Below are positions 53,110 through 64,000 of a DNA stretch of 64,000 bases, piece by piece. Each line of letters begins with the position of its first letter. The stretch's first letter is position 1. The stretch comes from Azolla caroliniana (lineage: Eukaryota; Plantae; Polypodiophyta): the NCBI GenBank assembly GCA_043228905.1, contig JBHGNT010000016.1, positions 4,712,001 to 4,776,000 of the forward strand, in the 5' to 3' direction. The notes under the pieces were generated by a model. That model was not told the origin of the DNA, did no database searches, and saw nothing but the letters and a program-made list of their open reading frames with translations. Position numbers and translations under genes: made by a program.

Positions 53110-56100
53110 ATGGCGGCCTTAAAGGTAGGGTTCTTCTTCTTCCTCCTCCTTAAAGAATTTCCTCGCTTTCTTCCATTTTAATGACTATGTCGAATTTGAA
53201 TGATTTATTCGTTCTTTCTCAACAGAGAGCCATGGCAGGTCTTACACCTGAACGAATCGAAGGTCTGAGGTGGAGACTCTTTGACGCGAAAGGACAGGTA
53301 TTTATGAATTTTGCTTCCGCTTTCTTTCGTAGAAAGATGTTTTCTTTCTGTTTTAGTTCTTGAAGGCTCATTCCTGTATTTTATTTTTCTTTCTCTGCAT
53401 TTCTTTTGAAGGTTCTTGGACGTCTAGCATCACAGATTGCTGTAGTTTTACAAGGGAAAGATAAGCCTACATACACGCCTCATATTGAAAAAGGAGACAT
53501 TTGTGTCGTAGTAAATGCTAATGAGGTTGCATTTACTGGAAGAAAATTGACTGATAAGTTCTATCGTTGGCATACTGGGTGAGTGGAATTAATCCCTGTT
53601 TCTTTGTTTATGCAATTTGCACTGAAGAAAGTTTGTTTTTTAGCCATGAAAGTAAGATGCTTGTGTGCTTTTCATTGAAGAAAGTATGGAGCATTTGTGC
53701 TTTTCATTGAAGAACATATGGTGCATTTTCTCTTTATGCTCAAGGAGTTGTTATTCATTTAAGTTTTACTTGAAGAAAGTGTAGTGTGGTGCATATGTGC
53801 TATAGAAATGGCATAGTCAATTACCTACAATGAATCAATAATGAGTGTTGATTCAGTCTTTGAAACAATATACCATTAAGTATGACTTTTTGATGGAATA
53901 TCTTCCTTAGGTTAATCATGGCTTGATTATATTATTTAAATTTGGAATGAGGTTTTTGATTAAATACTCCTCCTTAGTTTTTGGGCCATACTTTATGATT
54001 TGGATTAATCAAATAACACTTCATAGTATTTTTTTGATTTATATCATAATCAATTGCCTTTTCTTTGGCTGTCTAGAGAACACAATAACTTAATTCCTCT
54101 TCACATTCATCATGAAGCTGTAATATCATGCCATGTAATCTTATACTTGAACTGGGTGATTAGATTCTTCTTTGGGTTGAGTGATGTATTCGCTTGCTTG
54201 CTTGGTGTAGTGTTTTCTTTACTCAAAATGTTTGCATGATCAGCTCACTGAACTCGCTCTTAGGGACAAATCTGAGCTAGAGGAGTTGTTGGAGTAGCAT
54301 TCCATAGCCTCTCCATTGGAGCTATGACTGCTCTTGTCATGCTCATGATCAAGTGCCTAAGCCGCTTTCCTTCGTCTATGTCATGTTGGTTGAGCAGCCA
54401 GGGCACTTTGTTCATGCCACATCAGTTAAGGGAACAATCAAGCAAGCCATGGATCAAGCATTCAATTGTGGTGTTGAGCGTCAAGTCTTTTTGTTAAGTC
54501 CATTCACTTAATGAATCTTCAGGCCTTCACATGTGGAGTGCAAACCATCAAGTTGGTGTGCGGATTCAGCTTAGATGTTGTGTGCATAACCCAGCTTGGA
54601 TGTCGTGCACATAACGCAGCTTAGATGTTGTGCTAAACAAGTTGATTGTTGAGTGGTTCCTTACCCTATTGATCGATGTCATTTCAGCCAAATGGCCAAG
54701 CCCCTATGGATCCACTTCAGACTGCCATCTGGTCATTGGCTCACTAAGCCTGTCTATTGTATACTTGGTTGGATTGACAATGTGAAATTTGAGTGGCATT
54801 TCGCTCAAATGAATATTCTCTTTGAGACAGTTGTGGAAGACATTGGATGAGTTGAGTCATTGTTCTTCTCCATGTGGATTTACTTCAAACTGCCATGTGG
54901 TCATTGGTGCACTAAGCCCATCTATTGTACATGTGTTTTGGTTGACAATGTAGGTTTGGAGTGGCATTTCACTTAGTTGAATATTCACTTGAAATGGGTT
55001 TAGTTGAGCCTTTGAACAGGCCGAGTTGCTAAACCATTTGTTGTGAATGCCTCCTTTGCTATCTTCATGATTGTACATAGCCAAACATATGAGTGCGCAT
55101 ACACAAGTTAGAGAACATGGGCAATGTGTCTCTCATGATGATGGATGGTGGTTTTGAGTGGGCTGAATTGCTGTTATAAATTTTTGGAGGCATATGTGGA
55201 CCATCTCCTCATAGACTTCCGGTTTTGGTCATAGCAAGAGTTTGTATCTTATAGTGTAGTCATTGATAGCCATACTCTTCTATTCAATGTCATTCAATTC
55301 TTGTCGAACTTGAAACTTGGAAGCTTAGATTTGTCTGTGCCTCCTTTGTTGTCTTCATATATTTTATGTAATGAAGCATGTGATTGTGCATACATGACAC
55401 TAGAAAATATTTCACCCAATTAGTTGCATCTGACATGGTCAACACTTCTTGGATCCACCATGATTCCCAAATAATATCTGTGTTTGACAAGGAATTGTAT
55501 CCGTATGTGTACTTCCACAAATTGAAGTTTTTCCTATCAAGCTTTTTGATTGGAAGAGCATTTCCCATTTGCATATTCATGTTGGCAATTCTTCTTATTC
55601 TCTTTGTTAATTTTCGTCGACCCTCTTTTTTCACGACACATGAAATGTGGTGAAGCTCTTATGTGGACAAGCCATGTAGTCATTATACAAAAAAAATCGT
55701 TGACGTGTATGAGCTGTTTTGGATGATGCAACAAGGACGGGCAATGTTGATTATTAACACTGACACTATGATACTAGGTGAAGAACTAAAGAGTAATTCT
55801 ATAGAGGATCAAATTTATACACACACAATTAGTAGATTGTCTGTGTTATGTGTATGTGTATGCTAAAGGAGAGAGAGGTAGATGGATAGATTGTATGATT
55901 GTCTTTGGAGGGCAAACCTATTAGACCAAAAGTGTTACATTTTCACATAATGCATGTGAAAGTGAGTAGTGACTCTCAATGTTCAAGAACTTTGCCGATG
56001 AATGTTGTAATCAATAGTGCACACTATGATTGTGAGAGAAACTTGCGCAAGGATTGGGTTTGGTCAAAGATATTTGGGAAGCATAGTCTAATGTGATCAA

Positions 56101-59100
56101 AGGCAGAGCATTGTATCAAAGTATGATACTTAAGACTCTTGAACCTATTTCAGCAAAATGTCTATAGTTGATTACTCTCATCACTTGTGCCCCAACACCC
56201 GCTCTCACATTGTAGTGCGTGTGAGCTAAGTCGAATGGAAGCAATGGTTTGGATTGCCAACAACGGGATGGGTTCTAACACGTATCAATGCGTGCGGTTT
56301 CCCATTCGGCGAAGAATATGGTTTTGTAGCTAGGTGCAACGTATGTAGTATATAATATGCGAAGCAAGAACCTCCGCATTTCTTCCGTATCATGATACAT
56401 TGGCTTTGCAAAAAGGCCTCATTTACATAGGAATCTGGTGTGCATCCCATCTTCTAAACCATTTTTCAATATCTTATATCTAATCGGAACACAGAATTTT
56501 GCTTTCATGTGTCTTTTGGATCTATTTGCTTACTTCCCAAACAATTCTTGGAACTTGATGTGAGGGACTTTATTGAACATTAAGCGTGTATCCAACAACC
56601 CTTTCCATGGCCATGATCTCCTTTATTGAACATTAAGCGTTTATCCAGCTCATTGTTGTACATAATGCGTGGTTTATCTTTTATTGGGTTCTTTACAAGC
56701 ATAATCTTTGTTTTAGAGCTATTGACACATTACTTAGTATGCATGCAAAATTATTCCAATGCTCTCATAAGCTTTTGCACATCTCCTTAAGTATTTGCAA
56801 AAAGCACTACATCATTCACATACAACAAAATCATGATGACTACATTCCCAATGATAATTTCTTCAACGCCTTCTTTCGTTACAAACTTGGCAACCATTTT
56901 TTTAAATTCATCCATGCATAGACCAAATAGAGTTTGTGAGAGTGGGCATCCTTGCTTAGCACCAATAGTGCTTTTGAAATAATTTGAAATTTCATCTCCC
57001 ATATGCCATTGTTGTAAAATACTTAGCATACAATACATGTAGAATACGTGTGCTATGTATGTATTCTACCTTTTTTCTTTAAATATTTAGAATTCTTATT
57101 TTGTAGATAAGATTCGTGTAAATTATGTTAAATATTTCATAAATTTTAAAGTTAAAAATTTAGGGAAACGTTAAATAATTTCTGTAAAATAAGTTTTTTT
57201 TTACTTTCTGGAAATGTTAAATACTTGTTAAATACATAAGACTACATCAAATACATAGAATACATGAAATATCACAAAATGGTAGTTCTAAAATGTAGAA
57301 TACTTCAAAGTATTCTAAAATGCATTCTAAACATAGAATACGCATTTTTGAACAACTATTCCATACACACACAACATATGACGTCATAGATTCGTGAATT
57401 TGCAAGCATATATTCACTTAGCACTGTGGGTTCTTCCATTCACCTCGAAAGATGCTCACATGGTACATCATTGAAAGCTTTCTTGAAGAAAGAGAGAAAG
57501 AGATAGAGTACACAAGAATAACAAAGACAAATTATATTAGCAAAAAGCACTGTGAGTTCTTCTATTCAACTCCAAAGATGCTCACATGCTACATCATCGA
57601 AAGCTTTCTTGAAGAAAGAGAGAAAGAGATAGAGTGCACAAGAATAACAAAGAAAAATTATATTAGCAAAATGGGAGATCATTTTACAAATATAAGCAGC
57701 TATATAACACTATTAATAATCAAGGCCTGATCATTGGTAATCATTACTAGATACAAGACAGTGGCTTGTTTTATATAAAACATTTTATCCTTTCTTCACA
57801 ATGAAGTTTGAATCAATCTATCATGATGGGGGTGAGTGGAATATCTGAAACATACATTTCCTTAAATACAAGGACAAGGGTGAAGTTTAGGGCATGTTCC
57901 CCAAGAAGTCCAGTTCACTCATAAGGTGGTGTTGAGCTTGATATCTCAACACCTGTGTATTGTATGTGGAGAATGAAAAGTAAACACTACAATTTTAATG
58001 GTGTCTACATAGTAATTTATTGGGTATTTTGTCATGCCATAGGTTGAACTGGTTTTAATAAAGCACTAGTATTTCTTATTAAATTGTTTTGCAAAGTTAT
58101 AGCTGAAGTCGATAAAAAAGTTTTCTAGTTGCTTTTCTCAAGCAATATTCCAACTGGGTGTTAACACAAAAGAATCATTTCATGAGGAGTGAAGTGTGAA
58201 TTCACAAAGTGAACAGAAACATTTCGTATATAGTGTCTCATCCTAACACAAGACATACTTTTGTCTCGTTTTCATTTGTATTCTGGTGGTATAGTAAATT
58301 TTTATATGTATATCTGGCAGCTTAAAATCTTGGTTTGGTTCACAGTAGAAAGCCATGTGATATATATTAGGTCATGATAGATTTTTGAGCCTGTAAGGAA
58401 ACAGGGTCAAGTTGTGATCAATCGTCATTTTACTTTGATATATTTAGACATAGAAATTTTATGCTTGACTGTTTAGACATGACTTACACTCTTTAAACAC
58501 ATATTGTTCAAATTACATGAACAGACCATGATGGAAATTTGCTAGCATTAATGTAGTATTAAATGCAAGTCTCTAGGGTATACATGCGGAGGCCCAGTAG
58601 TGAACATTGCATACTAAATCATATCCAAAATTGTATAAAAAGTAGCATCGACAACCTAAAATTGTAAAAATGTCATCTCAACAATTTTAGGTTGATCGTG
58701 TCTTCTTTAGTCATTGGAAAACTTTGCAGCATGCTAACTTGGTGAAATCGGATTTTAGAGGCATTTCCTGCAGATATTGATTCAACACATGAGCAAAGCA
58801 CACAAACAAGATGTCAGAAGCATGTGACATACTTGTGATCAATGTGAGATAAGCAGGAAGGTTCAAAATATTGAGAATATATTGGCTATAGCCCATTCGA
58901 TAATGAAAAAGTGGAGGATAAAGAATGTGATGGTTAGCATTCTGAAAACCTTTGATAAATTTGCCAGGTGTGTCAGAGTTCTTTCAATGAGATTTGACAG
59001 GATCATTATGACCCTCATTATATATTTGATAATCCACATTCCAGTTCTGAATTCAGTGAGACACTCTATTCTCAGAAAAAAGATGTAAGTCTACTTTCTA

Positions 59101-61161
59101 GAAAGTTCTAACCTCCTCACATGTATTGCAAAAGGGATATTGGGTGACAAGCTCTTTAGTCTCGTCACTGCCATTTGTAAAACCAGTAATGCAATGGAAA
59201 AGATATAACCATTGATTGTTCCCGATTTTTTCTTCTAGCCTTCGCATTCCCTCACTGATATTTATGAGACACTCTATTCTCAGGGAAAAGATACAGATTT
59301 TCTTTCTAGAAGGTTCTAACTTCCTCACACCTATTATAAGTAAGGGATCTTTGGCCACAAGCTCTTTAGTCTTGCCAATGCAAATATTGACAATAGTCAT
59401 CCTATGGAAAGGAAGTGAGCCTCCAGAGTTTCCGTTTTTCTTGTAACTGAGTCCTGTAATTCAGTCTTGTTTTATAATTCACTTATGTAACGGGTATAAT
59501 CAAAATAATATCAAGTTTTCTTTTGTGTTTTAGCGTCAGAATTCTGTACTTTATCATTTGCTTCTATCATTTTGTAGGGTATAAAATGAACCCAAATATG
59601 TTTGACAATCTGCCATTTAGGAAGACAATGTAGATCTGTTTTCCTGTTGTGTTGTAAGATTGGATGTTGGTTTTGCTTCAATTGGTTAGCAATGGCTTTT
59701 TCCAAGGCTGTTCTGAGCTTGTTCATATGTTTGTGTATGTGTGAATGTGCGTGTGCGTGTGCTTGTGCATACCTGCACACAAAAACTGAGGAAATGAAAA
59801 AGAAGTGTCTCAAGCTACAGAGTAAGATGCAAAAGCAAACAAATATTAGCTCGTAAAGCTAGTCAATAGAGAGGTGATTGGAGAAGTAAGAAGAAGAACG
59901 TCAACAGCACACTGAAAATTTTCTCTTTGCAATAGCAGATCCACAAGAAGGGCCTTGGTGCAATATCTATGTTTTTGCCTCCTATAGCAGAGGTCTTGAG
60001 TTTGAATCCTGAAAACTGTGCAGAATATTTGTAATGGTAATCTCAAAGCTTTTCCCTTTGTGGAATTCTGCCTGACATCTTGGAGGACTTGTATTCACAT
60101 GTATTCAAGCTGTTGTGGATGTTAAGATGGGATTTCTAACATCAGCCCCTACATACCTCACTGAATTTCAAGAATTATGTTATATTTTTCAATTTCCACC
60201 CCTTTTCATTGATGTTAAAGTGATCCACTCAGTATCAGTAAAGCTGCTGAGAGTATAGTTTGGGAATATTTATCAATTGCAACTTCTATACGTCGATATC
60301 CTTCTTCATCTAAATAAAGCATAGGCAAACTTTGAAAGTTTCATCTGAACTTCGTAAGTACTGAAGTAATTGATTAGACAACTTTGTCTTTATTCCTAAC
60401 AGACTTTATTTAGAATATTTCATTAAATAATTGAACTCTGAATCCCACAATTATTCAAGATGCTCACGTTTTTTCAAGGTGCACATTACGCCCATCAAAC
60501 TAGTTGGATTTTAAGGGTATATTATTTCATTTGGTGTCATCCACTTAAAATGTGGTCCATTTGCAAATATTATGCATTGTATAAGTTCTTTTAATATATT
60601 GCCAGAGCCTTTTATGACTCCACTGTTTGTGAAAATGAGATTCTTTGACGAAGACTAATATTTGTTTTTAAATCTGATGATTGTAGTTATGTCGGTCACC
60701 TGAAGGAGAGGAGTTTGAAAGAGCAGATGCGAAGAGATCCAACTGAAGTTATTCGTAAAGCTGTATTCCGTATGCTTCCCAAGAATAGGCTACAAGATGT
60801 ATGTTACACCTTTTACTGCAGAAAATCCAGATCAACCAATATGTTGTCATGGGTTGAAACAGAAATCTCTAAATCAAGTATAAATGTTCCATGATTTTAC
60901 AAAGACTCAAATTTTAGTGATATAAGGAAGATATTTGTTGCATTATTACAGGATAGGGCAAGAAAGCTGCGAATTTTTGTGGATGATAAGCATCCATTTG
61001 CTGACAAGCCCTTGCAGCCTTACATAATGCCCCCTCGGAATGTGAGAGAACTCAGACCTCGTGCCAGACGAGCATCAGAACGAGCTCAGAAAAAGGCTGC
61101 AAATAGGGAAGCAAAGCTTGCATTGCTTGAGCAAAACAATTCTACCACAACACTAACTTGA
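53110..61161 (+). CDS. RPL13: Mitochondrial-type 50S ribosomal protein L13 (uL13m); exons 53110-53124, 53226-53297, 53412-53578, 60687-60798, 60952-61161 (191 aa)
   Basis: All introns GT..AG and phases join: MAALKRAMAGL...[32 protein letters not shown]...[23 protein letters not shown]...[17 protein letters not shown]...RKLRIF..HPF...RPRARRA. Confidence 0.93.
54240..57951 (-). mobile_element. Old copia remnant (C-like family) inside RPL13 intron 3
   Basis: LTR start TGTTGAGATATCAAGCTCAAC (minus, 57951) identical to the C LTR start; gag relic [22 protein letters not shown] at 55290-55634. Left boundary uncertain. Confidence 0.6.
55868..57485 (-). mobile_element. 5'-truncated LINE (same family), 3' end at a (GA/CT)n tract
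   Basis: [19 protein letters not shown]...[13 protein letters not shown]; 3' UTR matches 35140-35220 in reverse complement. Confidence 0.75.
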
Positions 61162-62869
61162 CATGACATTTTCTTATAACACATTCCTTGAATAATTTGA
61201 GGTGGGAGTTTCTTGATGTTTACCTTTATGTTATAGTTGCCAGAAATTTAGTATATGTAGCAGCCAGGTTGCCAGCTATAGTGATATACATGATGATGAA
61301 TACGAATGATTCTTCTTTATCCATGAGTTTCAATTATTTGGCTATTGCAAAGAACATCAAAGGTCAATCAATTTGGTCGTTTCCAGGGTCTGTATAAATC
61401 AAAAACATATTTGTTGGAAAGAGATTTGACTTACCCTTTGTCTCTAATGTACATTGTCTGTTATAACAGTAAGTAGTTGGCCAGTCATTAGCGTCATGGT
61501 ATGTGTCATTAGAGCTAAAAAATCCATTCTTCTAGTTGCTCCATATAAATCTGAATAATAATAGCAAGTTGTGGGTTAGTGTTCAATTGGTGGTTACAAA
61601 TTTCAACTGAGGACAGGCAGGATCTTTTTTTGTGGTCATAGCATTCTTTGTATTGAATATTTTTATTTTCTGTAGTCATAGCTTTATATTATGTCTATTT
61701 GTTTTTTGTTCAACCAAGGGTTTATTTTATATATAGGCTTACACTATGTTCACCTATTGTATGAACTCCAGAATTGCCTGCCTGATTGGCTGGTCAAGAG
61801 GTATGTTAGCTCTTATTTGCGCCAAAACTCATGAAGCGCTGTAATAACTGCATCACCACTCTCAAACTATTGCTTCATCTTTTAGTTCCATGAACCCTCA
61901 CATTATTTGGTTGCTTCATTATTTGCATATCTGCAATCCAACCACATCACTATTCTCTTGGATAGTTGTTCCATTTTTGGTTCCATGAATCAACATTTTG
62001 ATTTTTGCTTTTAATGTCTATTATTATAGTGTCACATCCTAGGTAGGTCATCATCATCCTATTCTTTACTTTTTTATATACAAAAGGAGACACTTGGATG
62101 CTTCTTGTTGGTTTACAAATATATCTAAGACTGTTGACAAAGCTTATTCAAAGGTAGACATGTAATCCTCAAGATCTCATGCTTGCTTAGAAATTAGCAA
62201 ATCTGGTCTGTTGGCTAAGCATTATGCTAAAATCTCACAATTCTTTAATTACCTTAGAACATCTACCTTTACTTTCCAACGATTCTTCTATGGCCCTATT
62301 GTGACTTTCAAGCACTATCATTGAATGTTAATCTTCATTAGACATGCAACACATCACCAATAGAAAGGGGGGGTTCTAATCTAGCCTACGTATGTAGGTT
62401 GCTTAGATACAAATTTCATTTAAAAACTTTAGAGATTATAGAGAATGCTTTAAACTTAGAACTCCAATGAAACTAAACTAAATGCAAGTGGAGAGGAGGA
62501 TTAAATTTTAGGGTTTTAAACTTTTAAGAATATTAGGGTTATATTGTTGAGGATAGTGAGAATATTTGGGGTTAGGGATTAAGGCTAAGATTTGGGACTA
62601 GGGTTAAGTATAGTGAAAAGTAGTCTTGAATCATTAGGCCATAAAAGGAATTAAAAAAGATAACATAATGAGGAATGAGAATGGAAAAAAAACTAATTAA
62701 CACAACAGGTGATAGAAAGCTAGAAACTTATTAATTAACCAAACAAGTTAATTAATGCAACATTAAAAGTAAAAATAAACTAAACAAGTCAACAAATGGA
62801 AGAGAGGAAGAGCAAGAGAAATAGCCAAATATTTTAGGAACGTTAACTTATAGGGACAAATGCATTTCA

Positions 62870-62994
62870 CCTTGAACATCGAGAGTCACTACTCACTTTC
62901 ACATCTATTACTTTACTTGAACATGCTATATTTTTTGGTCTCATAAGTCATATTTGACATCCAAAGACAACAATAAAATCTCTCTCTCTCTCTT
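62870..62994 (+). mobile_element. LINE 3'-end fragment terminating in (CT)n
   Basis: cttgaacatcgagagtcactactcactttcac...gtcatatttgac...aatctctctctc matches 35120-35250. Confidence 0.75.
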
Positions 62995-63059
62995 TATCGT
63001 AATTAGCTTACCCCAATGGTAAGTCATTTACACTATTAGCACTACATCTTGGGTTTGAA

Positions 63060-63450
63060 ACCCAATATTCTCACCTCCCTATTACTCCATAGATATATCT
63101 TATTTCACTTGATGCCACTATGGAATGTTGGGATTGAACCTATGACCACCTGGTCTACATTGGGCAACCAACTCATCTCTCTCTCTCTCTCTCTCTTACC
63201 ACCAACATGTCCCCAATATTCTCACCTCTCTATTCCTCCATAGATATCTCTTATTTCACTTGATGCCAGTATGGAATGTTGGTCTCCACTCTCTCTCTTA
63301 CCACCAACATATCCCCAATATTCTCACCTCTCTATTACTCCATAGATATCTCTTATTTCACTTGATGCCACTATGGAATGTTGGGATTGAACCTATTACC
63401 ATCTGATCTACATTGGGCAACCTTACCAACTTATCAATCTCTCTCTTACA
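63060..63450. repeat. Three imperfect tandem copies (~100-150 bp) upstream of the ubiquitin gene
   Basis: cccaatattctcacctc.ctatt.ctccatagatat.tcttatttcacttgatgcca.tatggaatgttgg at ~63061, ~63212 and ~63314. Confidence 0.8.
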
Positions 63451-63702
63451 CCGACATGGCCAACCCCATCGAAGTTTTTGTCAAGTCATAGTATCGGTCG
63501 GAAATTTATTTGCTTTGACCTTGCATATATGCGTCTCGTGTCCGTCCTCGTGTGAAACGAACGGTACGCATATTCGAGGATGGCAATTGTTAGGGTTTCC
63601 TCTTCGCCTTCTGCCTCCTTTGATTCATTGTTTCTTTCTGTAAGTAAGTAAATCGTCTTCTTGGGTAGGCTTCGCTTAAATTGTTGTCCCTTGCTGTGGT
63701 GA

Positions 63703-63903
<201 letters not shown>

Positions 63904-64000
63904 TGATTTATATAATGTCTTTCCACTGATCAGACGCCCTGAGTTTTGTTTTTCACATCGCTTTTTAATGTGCATCTCTCTCATTTCTTTTGAATTAGAT

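Noticed and set aside
63060-63450. CRISPR-like repeat array
   Set aside because: Long imperfect tandem units without unique spacers, in a eukaryotic context with no cas genes.

Overview
Eukaryotic, TE-rich plant genomic DNA. The TE lineages suggest a non-seed land plant such as a fern, lycophyte or bryophyte, but that is inference. Host genes: an SDR110C/ABA2-like short-chain dehydrogenase exon (1.2-2.0 kb); an intronless bacterial-type YnfA/UPF0060 (SMR-family) membrane protein gene (35.7-36.1 kb, minus); a 5-exon mitochondrial-type ribosomal protein uL13 gene with a 7.1-kb intron (53.1-61.2 kb); and the first exon of a ubiquitin (fusion) gene at the right edge. Most of the remainder is decayed, nested retroelements whose order can be read from LTR ends and target-site duplications (TSDs). 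Stack 1 is a chromovirus LTR < copia A < copia B. Stack 2 is a chromovirus LTR < (CT)n-associated LINE < solo LTR and copia D < gypsy E. Best leads: (i) the YnfA horizontal-transfer candidate; (ii) a tRNA-like A-box/B-box module in the U3 end of a family of TGTCA-starting LTRs; (iii) a tRNA-Trp-primed gypsy with a G_GAU_UUU slippery site plus a possible pseudoknot between protease and RT; (iv) a copia family with a duplicated PPT, a Pol extension and a PPT-presenting hairpin; (v) an ~890-codon extra ORF downstream of a gypsy integrase; (vi) a LINE family tied to (CT)n microsatellites. Coordinates were read by eye and may be off by a few bases.
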